Shown piece after piece: positions 26,547 to 38,178 of a DNA stretch of 64,000 bases. Below the pieces are notes generated by a model that saw only the letters and a list, made by a program, of their open reading frames with translations, had not been told where the DNA came from and ran no database searches. The position numbers and the translations under genes were made by a program. The DNA is from Octopus bimaculoides (lineage: Eukaryota). The number at the start of each line of letters is the position of its first letter. Within the stretch, counting starts at the first letter, position 1. The DNA is taken from positions 16,752,999-16,816,998 of the forward strand of contig NC_069003.1 of NCBI RefSeq assembly GCF_001194135.2, written 5' to 3'.

Positions 26547-27499
26547 CACATACATATACATCTTATATAAAATAGACCTGAGTGTGTGTGCATTTGCTTT
26601 TCATGTGAAAACAGCTGCACGAATTGCTTCCATACTTGGGGTGCATGAATAATTTGACCTCGGATACATAATAGGGTCTTCAGTTTATTTTTTTATTAAA
26701 AATAAATAATATTGTTTTTATATATGATTCTTTAAAAAGTTTCTCAATATCAACTCCTGGTATTCACGTAGTAACAGCGAAATTTTCTATTTTCATTTGC
26801 AAAATCTCTTGCTCTCTATTTTAATGTTTTCATTTCAAGTTTTAATTCACTCTTTACAAACAACTATGATAAATTACTGAAAGAAATATTTACTAAGTTC
26901 ACGAATTTAAATATTTGGTACAAAATAGTTTTTAACGAGCTTTTATTTATAAGATTTTTTTCATTTCATGTTTATTTCATTCATTGTTTGCAATGTCCTC
27001 TCTTTCTCTTACGCTCTCACACACACACAAGTCAGTCACACATGCACACATATGCTTTTGTATGTATGTTTGTATACATTTATGTATGTATGTGTGTTAG
27101 TGTGTGTGTGTGTGTGAAAGAGAAAGAGAGAGTCAGTCAATGAGTTTGTTGTCATGTATACATATATATATAAATACATGTGCATACACCTTTGTGTGTG
27201 TGTGAAACAGAGAGAGTGATGTCTAAGTGGCATGCAGTCTCTCTCTCTCTCACACACACACACATACACACAAAAAGATATATGCATATTTATGTATGTA
27301 TACATGACAACATACTCCTTCACTCTCTCTTTCCCTCTCTCTCTCGCACACCCATTTCATCTGTTGTTTGATATTCTGTGTGTGTGTGTGTGTGTGTGTG
27401 TACCTGCATGGTATGTGTGGGGCATTCCACAATCGCTATTTATTGCAATCACTCTCGTGAAGATATTCACGTAACTCCTTTTTTCATTTAATCCCCATT

Positions 27500-28560
27500 T
27501 TAACTTTTGAAAAAGTTTCCAAGAACAATGTTCTCACTTGTTACAAGAGTCAGGACAGATGTAGATAATCAGTGAAGCAAAGACGAACATAGGTAGCCAG
27601 AGTCAATGTTGAATCCTGCAACTCTGTTAACTCTATTAAGTATGTTTGCAAATATATAAATAAAAGTTTAGATGCTGCAACATACACTCTTATGCAGAAT
27701 GGCAGTCAGCAGATAAACAAAAATGACAAAGTTGCACAGTATGACAGAGAAAGATACATCAGTACCAATGAGGCTTTTTGGCACATCCTCAATTTTCTCA
27801 TTCATAAGAGGCAGCCAGCCATCATTCATTTGAGTCTTCATCTAGAGAATGGTCGCACGGTTATCTTTACAGAACAAACAATCTTGCAACAAGCACTTTC
27901 TTAAAACGAAACTACTCTTACTGCCCCTTTTAGTTGTGTGAAGTAGATGAAGATGCAGGAAAACTCCTTTATCCACAATTACACCAGGAGAAACAATAAA
28001 AGGCTCAAGAAGAAATGGGCTGACGTTCTTGCAAGAGTTTACAGTGACCCCACCAACCCAGCAGAATGCTACTACTTACAGCTCTTTTTGCATGAAGTAC
28101 GTGGTCTCGAATCATTCCAAGATTCAAGGAAGGTAAATGGTCATGTATGTGAAACTCATAGAAAAGCATGCTATCAACAAGGTTTTTTTTTTAGAAAACA
28201 ATGAGCTTGCATTGACTGAAGCATCAGTGTCAGATTCTCCAATGAAACTCCATGACATTTTTGCAATTATACTGAACATGTGTCAACTTGGCAGTTCCCT
28301 CAGCTTTGGATGAAACATCAAGAGGACATGGCTGAGGACAGGCAAACCCAGATATCAATATTCAGTTCTCTGATTGAAACTGAGGATCAAGTTTTGGCCA
28401 TGGGAGGGGAAAATTTGCATGAGTCTGGCTCTGGAGTGCCAAAAACCATCAAATTAGTGATTTAACTTCAAAAACATAACAAGAGAGTCAAATTCTGACA
28501 TCATAGACATGGTTGCATTTGTGAATGAACATGAACCTAAACTTCTTCCAGAATAACGCT
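27500..28560 (+). mobile_element. Second, older Helitron Rep relic
   Basis: NVESCNSVNSIKYVCKYINK; RYISTNEAFWHI...LHLENG; ECYYLQLFLHEVRG..SFQD..KVNG...THRKAC. Confidence 0.9.
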
Positions 28561-28726
28561 ATGCATGTGATGAAATTTTTCGATTTTTATTATTATCATT
28601 TTTTTTTTGTATTATGAATTCAGAATTGATTTCCCAATTGAAGAATAAATTGAATTTACAATAACAAATTTCTATACAACATATTTTGTGTTGTTCTTCC
28701 AATATATAAGGAACAGTTTCATTCTC

Positions 28727-29115
28727 AGGCAACACTGGGTGCCTGACTGTGTGGTAAGAAGTTTGCTTCCCAACCACATGGTTCCTGGTTCAGTCTCACA
28801 GCATGGCACCTTGGGCCAGTGTCTCCTACTATAGCCTCAAGCCAACCAAAACCTTGTGAGTGGATTTGGTAGGCGGAAATTGAAAGAAGCCTGTCATGTG
28901 TGTGTGTGTGTTTGTCCCCCCAGCATTGCTTGACAACTGATGTTGGTGTGTTTAAGTCTCCATAACTTAGTGGTTTGACAAAAGAGGCCGATAGAATAAG
29001 TACTAGGCTTATAAAGAATAAGTCCTGGGGTCAATTTGTTCAACTAAAGGCAGTGCTCCAGCATGGCCACAGTGAAATTACTGAAACAAGTAAAAGCATA
29101 AAAGAATAAAAGAAT
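28727..29115 (+). mobile_element. Full-length tRNA-headed SINE
   Basis: tgactgtgtggtaagaag...ggttcagtctc head, ggcaccttgggccagtgtct central segment, (aaagaat)n tail. Confidence 0.85.
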
Positions 29116-29170
29116 ATATATGTAAAAACTTACTGTTGACAAAGGCTACATGGCATTCAATTATAAATAA

Positions 29171-29372
29171 TTAAAAATACACATTAAGTACAGGATATCA
29201 CCAACGAGTGAAAAATATATAAACACACAGAGATAAGTACAGGACAAAATACGTGTACTTAATGTGTATCTTTCTGTATTTTTTTTTTTTGTATTTGTTC
29301 TGTACTTATCTCTTGTGTGTTTACATATTTTTCACTCGCTGGTGATGTCCTGTACTTAATGTGTATTTTTAA
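29171..29372. mobile_element. MITE-like foldback, ~82-bp arms
   Basis: 29171-29252 is about 90% identical to the reverse complement of 29291-29372; internal repeats of tacacattaagtacagga. Confidence 0.7.
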
Positions 29373-29408
29373 ATATATGTATATATATATATATAAACCG
29401 GCAGAAAG

Positions 29409-29435
29409 ACCGCCCTCTGGGTGGTTTTCTGCTAG
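29409..29435 (+). mobile_element. Helitron-type 3' terminus (GC hairpin + CTAG)
   Basis: ACCGCCC tct GGGTGGT, 6 nt, then CTAG; the following base is C rather than the canonical T. Confidence 0.7.
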
Positions 29436-30611
29436 CTTCTTAATAATATTTTCACATTTGATTCTGAATTCTAATATATTTTATATTTTACATTGAATTA
29501 TTTCTTTGTATAATTAGTGCTCACTTGCTTAGTAAATACTGCTTTCATTATTTTATCACAGTCATAATCTTTTAAACAAACATCACTGTAGTCCAGCAAC
29601 AGAGGGAGAAGCAATTTATCAAGAGTTACCTTCCCCTCAGAGCAACATAGAGATTACATTTCAGCAGCCCATTTGTAAGCTTTGCAGTGTGTGTGTGTGA
29701 GAAAGAGAGGGGGAGAGAGAACATTGCAAACAATGACTGAAATAAACATGAAATGAAAAATCATATAAATAAAAAGGCATTACTACAGATGTATATGCCC
29801 CCAATTTTGTTGCCTCATAACATCCAGAAAAATGAATACTTTTTAACAAAATTTTCTACAAATACCGCTTAGATGTTGTGGCTTCAGAGTATATAGAGAT
29901 TTATAGAAAAGAATTTTTCAAGGTGATGTTTTTTTCTGAGAGGAGTTATGTAAAATCCACAAGATCTGACTTTTTTCTCTCATAACTTTCATAAATGAAA
30001 ATTTATACAAATCCCTTTTAAATGGCATAGATTACGATTATAAAGAAATTTGTGGGGAAAATATTTTCAGAGATTTTTCCCCATTTTTTTTAAACCACAT
30101 CCTTTGGGTGGGGGTGAACATCTTTGTATGAAAAAAGCTTTGAAAACTCTTTTTTTTACAACCCTCCCCTCCCTCATCATCCCACTCCGGACCTATTTTG
30201 GCCAATTTTTTTGCACTTCACAACAATAGGAAGAGCATTTTCGGTAAAAAGGATTTTTTTATTGTTAATATTTTTAGAGGGAAAAGTGAATGGTTTAAAG
30301 GCGATTTGACTGTTGTTTCTTGCATATCCAAAGACAACTCTACTCGTTTCTTTATCACTCTCACTTGTATTGATGTTTTTCAATATTTTTTCCCCATAAA
30401 TACATTTATATGCTATAAAAATGAAAATTTGAGAAATTATGAATTTTTAGCAACCCCACTCCCTGCTCCTAATTGTTTCTGTTTAGAAATTGAAATATTG
30501 AAAAGCCCAAAAGGTCATTGCTGGCATTTATCCACAGTGATTTAAAAAATTAGGGAGATGTACTTGCATAGCAAGTGACTTGATCTGAGATTGTGTGCTG
30601 AGGCAAAAACT

Positions 30612-30901
30612 ATTGCAGTGTGGAAGATATTTGTAAGCCATTCAAGAACACACAAAAACAGTTAGTTTCACTTCAACATTAAAATTTCATTTGTGTCAAA
30701 ATATTTTCATCACTTTGAAACCTCGACCTGTTCACTGACAAAACTTCATAAAAGTGATGCAGCATGAAGCTTTGTCATTGAACAGGTTGTGGTTTCAAAG
30801 GCATGAAAATATTTTGACTCAAATAAAATTTAAATGTTGAAGTGAAACTAACTGTTTTTGTGTGTTCTTGAATGGCTTACAAACATCTTCCACACTGCAA
30901 T
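30612..30901. repeat. Long inverted repeat, ~138-bp arms, 14-bp spacer
   Basis: 30612-30749 versus the reverse complement of 30764-30901, roughly 90% identity. Confidence 0.9.
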
Positions 30902-31123
30902 TGTTGTTGAGTTAAAAAAAAAGAGTTATGTAAACGTTAATTCATTTTTATAGCATACTTTTTGATTAGAAAATGTTTTTTTTTTACACACACATGGCTT
31001 TGCTTGATTTAGGTGGGGGTAAAAATTTGGATTACAAATTATTTTTNNNNNNNNNNNNNNNNNNNNNNNNNNNNNNNNNNNNNNNNNNNNNNNNNNNNNN
31101 NNNNNNNNNNNNNNNNNNNNNNN

Positions 31124-31297
31124 GGCATGTAAAAGCACCCACTACACTCTTGGAGTGGTTGGTGTTAAGAAGGGCATCCAGCTGTAGAAACTCTGCCAAA
31201 TCAGATTGGAGCCTAGTGTAGCCATCTGGTTCACCAGTCCTCAGTCAAATCGTCCAACCCATGCTAGCATGGAAAGCGGATGTTAAACGACGACGAC

Positions 31298-31329
<32 letters not shown>

Positions 31330-31330
31330 C
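31124..31330 (+). mobile_element. RTE 3'-end / RTE-tailed SINE copy
   Basis: ggttggtgttaagaagggcatccagctgtagaaac...catggaaagcggatgttaaac(GAC/GAT)n. Confidence 0.85.
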
Positions 31331-31667
31331 ATGTGAGAATGAAAAGGGGGGGTGTTTTGGGTTGTGCTAGAAATAACAGCAAAACCTCCCTTGAATTGTT
31401 CACCCATTCCTCTAAAAATATTTACAATTTGTTTTGTTTTATTTTCTTTTACTGAAAAGGCAGAGCTTTGGTTGCCAGTGTCAATTTTCTGTTTGAATTG
31501 ATTTCATATTCAGTGTAATTATACACTTTTATAGGCAAATTAATGATGTGAAAGAGTTATTAGTAATTAAAGTTGAAAATTTTGGTAATTTTAGTCAATC
31601 ATAAGTCACAGACACATTCATGTCTGTTTTGATAGTATCAAGCGGAAACATGAGAACTCTTTTGCCT

Positions 31668-31681
31668 GTTGCCATAGTAAC
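31668..31681. promoter_or_regulatory. RFX X-box motif
   Basis: GTTGCCATAGTAAC fits the GTTNCC-AT-RGNAAC consensus; 1.2 kb upstream of the ATG at 32909. Confidence 0.55.
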
Positions 31682-32908
31682 ATAGTAACATAGTCTTTGA
31701 AAATCTGTGAGGAAGCATGTGTTGACAGCCGTCTTTGAAAAGTCTTTTATCTGTGAGGAAGCACACATAACATATAAACATGTTCATCTTTTAGAACATT
31801 GTCATTTTATAAGATTTTGCTGGTAAATTTTTAAATTAGCATAAACATTTGTTTACGTGAAAGGAAATTATCAGTGAACTTTTGTGATGAAAATACCAGC
31901 TAAAAAGATTTTTTGGACAAATCTTTTGAATTAAAGTTTATTTGCCAACATCTCATTCAGAGATTTAAAACAAACTGCTTTTCTCTTTTAAATTAACATA
32001 AACATTTATTTACATGAAAGAAAATTACCGGAGAAATTTTATGCTAAAAATAACAGCTAAATAAGATTTATTTACATGAAAGAAAATTATTGGAGACATA
32101 ACATGTGTTGTTTACAAATATTGACAACATGTGCTATTTTCAGGATGTTGACGACAAAATGTGCAGTCACGCACAAAACGACAGCTTCCAAATCCTGTTT
32201 GTTTTCTGACTGGGGGAAAATGATCAAACTTTAAACCTCTATAACTTTTTCAGTTTGGGCAAGTGTATTATTGTGCCAAATTTGAAAATTTTCAGTAAAC
32301 TTTAATTTTTGGAGCTGCTGGCAACCAAACCAAATGGTTTTTAAGTTAGAAGGGAAAATGGCCAAATTCGGTCCAGGTAGTTATTATTGTAAGGCTTATA
32401 GTGTTCCAAACAGCCATAATAACAAAATCACTTTAAATTTCTTTTACAAAAATTATATGGGTATTTTAAAAAATTTTCAATAAATAATGTTTTTACATTA
32501 TGTATACATTAATAGAATAAACTGTCGGTTTTCGAAATAGTGATTTAAAACTTGAAATGAAAACATTAAAAGAGAAAGTGAGAGACTTTGCAAATGAAAA
32601 TGGAATACTCCACAGTGAATGCAATGAATATTTAAATTTGCGAAAAATTGGAGTTAAAAAATTCAATAAACTTGAGAAATCAAAATTATAGGAAATTTCT
32701 TAGAACATGAATTTATAAAAATATTTCCAGACAGTCAACCCTTTAATAATTGCTTTCTTTTAGTACTTTTAGTAATTGCTACATACCTAATTAATAAACA
32801 GCTTTCTCCATTATAGTATAGATATGTGTGAAGAAAGGACACAAACAGTTAAGGTTCACTACATTTGTTTCAGACATGTTTTTTGTTGATGAATAATTCA
32901 ATTACATC

Positions 32909-32932
32909 ATGAAAAAAAAAAGTTTTCTTCAG
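32909..32932 (+). CDS. Coding exon 1 of a 152-aa uncharacterised protein (MKKKSFLQ)
   Basis: Exon 32874-32932: acceptor tttgtttcag, in-frame upstream TAA (32894), ATG at 32909, donor CAG|GTGAGT in phase 0. Confidence 0.65.
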
Positions 32933-33287
32933 GTGAGTTAAAATTTAAAATTTGGACCAAGATCTGGAATGTGGATTGATCCTCTCATTTTAGCAACAAA
33001 TGAGAGAATCATTTGAGATCTTATTTATGTATACACCACACCTGAGACCTTCTTTGTGCTGGATTTAGAACTTACATTGGATCATGAAACTACATGTCAA
33101 TTTGCATGGGTATATAATTTCATGTACATGTATATGTAAGCATGAATATGTCCATAAATGCATGACTATATGTGAGTGTGTTTGTATATGGTATATAGAT
33201 GGATGTGTGGATTTTGGCCCTCATTTGGAATCATTAATGTTAAAATACCTTGATTCAAATGAATCCAACAAATAATTAATAATACAA

Positions 33288-33327
<40 letters not shown>

Positions 33328-33344
33328 TCAAAATTATCTTTCAG

Positions 33345-33779
33345 AATTCATATGGAGCATCTTCAGACAGCAGGAAATCATGGTTAGCAAGTGCCTTCTG
33401 CATCAAAGACAGTCATTTGGGAGAGTGCCTGCTCTCAACTAATGCACGTGAAGACCGACGCCTGATACTGGTGTTGAACAACTTATCACGAGAATACCAA
33501 GATGCACAACGCATGCAGCGAATTCATGTTCGCAACTTTCTCAATAGATCCTATGTTTTGCACCACAAGCCAGTCCAATGTAGTGGTGGCCATTTGCCAT
33601 ATATTGCAGGGCTTATGTGTTCTAGAGATGTCATAGAGCTCCCTCCAATTAGAGTAATTAACCCTGCTGCTCAGTTGGTCTTGAATACCAGGTACCAAGG
33701 TTCAATACCAGTGCAGAATAGATTGCCACACTGCAACAAGCAGTTATTTAGATCCAGCACAGTTTTCAGAAGACATTAA
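33345..33779 (+). CDS. Coding exon 2 (144 aa + stop) of the same uncharacterised protein
   Basis: Acceptor tatctttcag, phase 0; 435-nt open frame of non-repetitive composition (NSYGASSDSRKSW...TNAREDRRL...ELPPI...FRRH*); no TE motifs. Confidence 0.7.
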   Translation, partial: NSYGASSDSRKSWLASAFCIKDSHLGECLLSTNAREDRRLILVLNNLSREYQDAQRMQRIHVRNFLNRSYVLHHKPVQCSGGHLPYIAGLMCSRDVIELPPIRVINPAAQLVLNTRYQGSIPVQNRLPHCNKQLFRSSTVFRRH

Positions 33780-33789
33780 TTTAATTGTG

Positions 33790-34280
33790 CAGTGATATCA
33801 TCACAGTGATTAAATAGATAGAGCTACAGTGCCAATAAAGATGTCACCACTATAATACTATCTTTTTAATGACAATAAAGATATTACAATGGTAACAATA
33901 ATGACAGCAAAGATATCATCACAGTGCTAATATAAATACAATGACAGTGACAATAAAGATATCACCACAGTAACAATATTTATATGACTACAGTGACAAT
34001 GAAGATATCATCACTGCAATATTATCTTTTCAATGACAATAAAAATATCACCTTGATAACTGTATCTTTTGTATAACAATAAGGATATCATTACAGTAAT
34101 AATATAGCTACAACTACAGTAGCAATAAAGATAGCACCACAATAACAATATTGATACAACTGCAGTAACAAAAAAGATATCACCATGGTAACTGTGGTAA
34201 CTCATGACAATAATTATATCTTCACAGTGACAATATAGACACAACAACAGTATCAACAAAGACATCACCATGATAACATC
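33790..34280. repeat. Degenerate 35-45-bp minisatellite
   Basis: About 12-13 units with core acaataaagatatcaccacagt; remnants continue at 35275-35420. Confidence 0.8.
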
Positions 34281-34282
34281 GT

Positions 34283-35270
34283 CATCATCATCATCATCGT
34301 TTAACATCCGCTTTCCATGCTGGCATGGGTTGGATAGTTTGACTGAGAACTGGCAAGCCAGAAGGCTACACCAGGCTCCAATCTGATCTGGCAAGGTTCC
34401 TACAGCTGGATGCCCTTCCTAAAGCCAACCACTCCAAGAATGTAGTGGGTGATTTTTAGATACCACCAGCACAGGAGCCAGTCAGGTGGCATTGGCATTG
34501 GCCATGCTCAAACGGTGCTTTTTAGATGCCACCAGCACAGGAGCCAGTCAGGTGGCATTGGCATTGGCCATGCTCGAATGGTGCTTTTTACATGCCACCA
34601 GCACAGGAGCTAGTCAGCCTGCAATGGCATCAACCACACTCGAATGTTGCTTTTTACATACCACTGGCACTGTCATCGGTTATGCTAGGATGGTGTTTTT
34701 TACGTGCCACCAGCATGGGTGTCAGTCAGGTGGCACTGCCATCGGCCATGGCAACAATTTTATTTTACTCGATAGGTCTTCTCAAGCACAGCATATTGCC
34801 CAATGATTGAAGGGTACTTTTAAATGGGCTAGTTATGCAACACTGGCATTGGCCAAGGCTATGATCTCACTTGGCTTGCAGGTCTTCTCAAGCACAGCAT
34901 ATCTCCAAAGGTCTCGGCTGCTTGTCATTGCCTCTGTGAGGCCCAATGTTTGAAGGTCATGCTTCACCACCTCATCCCATATCTTCTTGGGGGGTCTATC
35001 TCTTCCACAGGTTCCCCCCACTGTTAGGGTATGACACTTCACACAGCTGTCCTCATCCATATGCAATACATAATCATACCAGTGCAGTTCTCTGTCTTGC
35101 ACACCACATCTTTTCTCTCAGGGCACTTACACTCTGTTGTGTATGCACAGTAGATCATACTAGCTTCATTTCTTTCAAGCCTATGCATGTTCTCAGCAGT
35201 TGCAGCCCATGTTTCACTGCTGTGTAGCATGGCTGTTCATGCACATAAATCATACAGTCTACCTTTTACT
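34283..35270 (-). mobile_element. 5'-truncated RTE LINE with full 3' UTR (tandem ~45-bp subrepeats, (GAT)n tail)
   Basis: MLHSSETWA...LERNEASM...WYDYVLHMDEDSCVK...GRDRPPKKIWDEVV contiguous with the 3' UTR and tail. Confidence 0.9.
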
Positions 35271-35430
35271 CAAGTATCAACAAAGATATCAACTCAGTGA
35301 GATTTGAGAATCAATGACTGTGATGATAACTTATATACAGAAAAAAATAATGATATCATTACTGAGGTAGTGACATTATTACTAAAGTGGTCATAACAAC
35401 ATTATGATAGTGACAATAATACTCTCATTA

Positions 35431-35644
35431 AGGCGGTGAGCTGGCAGAAATATTAGCACACTAGGCAAAATGCTTAGCGGTATTTCGTCTGTCTTTATGT
35501 TCTGAATTCAAATTCCGCCAAGGTCAACTTTGCCTTTCATCCTTTTGGGGTCGATAAAGTAAGTACCATTTGTGTACTGGGGTCAATCTAATCAACTGGA
35601 CCCCCTCCCCAAAAATTTCAAGCCTTGTGCCTAGAGTAGAAAAG
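35431..35644 (+). mobile_element. SINE with 16-bp TSD
   Basis: aataatactctcatta at 35415-35430 and 35645-35660; box B-like gaattcaaattcc. Confidence 0.9.
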
Positions 35645-35816
35645 AATAATACTCTCATTAATGATAATAGTGACAGCATTTCATCCATCTCTATATTCTG
35701 AGTTAAGATTTCACCAAGGCCAACTTTACCTTTCATCCTTTCAGGGTTAATGAATTAAGTACCAGTGAAACACTGGGGTCCCATAAATTTCAGGCCTTGT
35801 ACCTTTTGTAGGAAGG

Positions 35817-35848
<32 letters not shown>

Positions 35849-36534
35849 GGCACTGATACTGCTGAATTTTTTATAACCTGGCAGTGCATAATGCAACTCA
35901 GTCAATGTTGTTCACTGTGTTTTAGTTAAAGTTATGACCTTCAATCTATTCAGAGTTACCTCTCTTTGGTATTACTCTTTGGTATTACCCTTTGGTATTA
36001 TCCTTTGGTAACAGCTAAAAGTGCTAGAAACATTGTGTTCTGGAATCCAACAGAGAGCAAATATAGTGTTTTTACACCTTTTACCATAAGAGAGAATTTT
36101 TTCTCAATAGTAACTTCAGTGAATTTGTTTTCAGAAGTTGAAATGTATCACAAGCATATTATAACAAGCTTAAACTTTGCTTATATATGTGTGTGTGTGA
36201 TCATTATCATCATCATTGTCCATGGGTTGGATGGTTTGATTGAGCTGCACCAAGTTCCAGACTGATTTGGCATGGCTTCTACAGCTGGATGCCCTTCTTA
36301 ATGCCAACCACTTTACAGAGTGTGCTCAGTGCTTTTACATGGCACCGCAATCTGTATATTTTTCTGCTTTGAAAACATCATCTTATTTGTATCGTACAAT
36401 ACTCGTTTTGATGCTTATAAAAAACAAATGTTAGTTTGTTCATATCTATATACATTATATATTAGCTGTTTAGTGTCTAAATTTGCAGATAAATTTGTCA
36501 GTGGGCAGTTTAGCTTAATGGTAACAGGTGTTAG

Positions 36535-36780
36535 TTTCTTTTTGCTTGTTTCAGTCATTTGACTTCAGCTATGTTGGAGCACCACCTTAAAGGGTGTTAG
36601 TCAAAGAAATTGACTCCATGACTTTTTTTTTGTAAGCCTAGTACTTATTCTATCGTTCTTTTTTGCTGAACTGCGAAGTTACAGGAACATAGACACACCA
36701 CCATCGGTTGTCAAGCAATGGCGGGGACACACGCATACATACACACATAACAGGCTTCTTCTAGTTTCTGCCTATGGATC
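36535..36780 (-). mobile_element. SINE 3' part (family of 28727-29115)
   Basis: Reverse complement of the ...agaataagtactaggctta...ggtgctcca segment. Confidence 0.8.
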
Positions 36781-36835
36781 TAGTTGGGAAATTTGGATAA
36801 TTTTAGCCAATCAACAGACATGGCATTAGCAGCTT

Positions 36836-36849
36836 GTTACCATGACAAC
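36836..36849. promoter_or_regulatory. Second X-box-like motif with nearby CCAAT
   Basis: GTTACCATGACAAC; tagccaatca at ~36805; abuts the 36855-37890 repeat, so it may be TE-derived. Confidence 0.4.
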
Positions 36850-36854
36850 TGCAC

Positions 36855-37890
36855 ACTGTGTTGTGGTTCACTGTCTGTGACATATGTTGTTCTATGCTAA
36901 TTTTTCACACTTGATTTTTCACACCACGAGATTCTTTTCACCCACATGTTTTGTTTTAATTTTTCTTTATGTTAGTATATTACATATTTTTCTGTGCTTG
37001 TGTGTGTTAGTACTTTTTGTGCTTTTTCTGTGTTAATATTTTTACATATTTTTCATTTCATATATTTTTGGGACTCATTGACTCAGATAGCTGGATTTAT
37101 GATTTCACTAGGTTAATTCTATTCATAAAAATTTTAATTAGGAGTTTTTCTTAAACCGTTAGCTTCACATTTCAACAGCTTAAATAAAATATCAGCCCGC
37201 GTAACAGAAACTGAGAGGAATATCATGGAACAGAGAAACTGGGGTGATACAGATAATTTGAATTACTTTTGAATTTTGCATGCAAAAACATATAAGATAC
37301 AGGTATTCTTTTCCTTGGATCAAATTCTTTGGTAACCAGTGTTATTCTTATCATAGTTTACAAATCCAAGCATGAAAATGTTACTCACCTTTGGAGTTTT
37401 GGAGACAGATGCCCCCTTTTCACACACAAACATATACACACACACACACGTACTTATATTTTAATGATATACACAAATACATGATAAGTAATCATAATAC
37501 TGAAATACGCATGCAGTCAAATATATTGATATTACAAATTTTAAAAAATAGTAAAAACATACAACCAATGAAGAGTAAAAAGAAACAGTAAGATGATGAT
37601 ACATGCTGATTTTATTAGGTATTTCTGTCTCTTTAGAGGTCATTTCACAGATGAAGAGGTCATTTCACAGATGCTAAACTATAAATTTCACAGGGTACAA
37701 CCCTAAATTGACACTGCTCTACTAAACACAAAAAATTTCTGTCTCGCTATTGGCTATAAATACAGTTTTTTTGATTTTTAAACCTCTGTAACTTTTAACT
37801 CCAAGTTTTTTCTCCGCAACATCATACCTTCATAGCAATTAGACTGGAAAACTTTATTATTATAGTCGATTTTCAGATTTTTTTTACTCT
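36855..37890 (-). repeat. ~1-kb dispersed repeat, copy 2
   Basis: Reverse complement of 11418-12420. Confidence 0.8.
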
Positions 37891-37934
37891 CTTTTAAAAA
37901 ATGCATATTTTGCAAATGAAAAAAACTAGATTCC

Positions 37935-38085
37935 CCCATCTACTAAATCCACTCACAAGGCTTTGGTAGGCCTGAGGCTATAGTAGGAGATACTTGCCCA
38001 AAGTGCCATGCAGTGGGAATAAACCTGAAACCATGTGGTTGGGAAACAACCTTCTTATCACATAGCAACACCTGTGCCTTGCCAC
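37935..38085 (-). mobile_element. SINE head fragment
   Basis: Reverse complement of the tRNA-like head and central segment of 28727. Confidence 0.8.
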
Positions 38086-38178
38086 ACAGCCATGCCTGTG
38101 CCTTTCACACAGCGACGCCTGTACCTTATATGTATATATNNNNNNNNNNNNNNNNNNNNNNATATATATATATATATA

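Noticed and set aside
33790-34280. Repeat-spacer appearance suggesting a CRISPR-like array
   Set aside because: Units are degenerate, inter-unit sequences resemble each other, the context is eukaryotic, and there are no cas genes.
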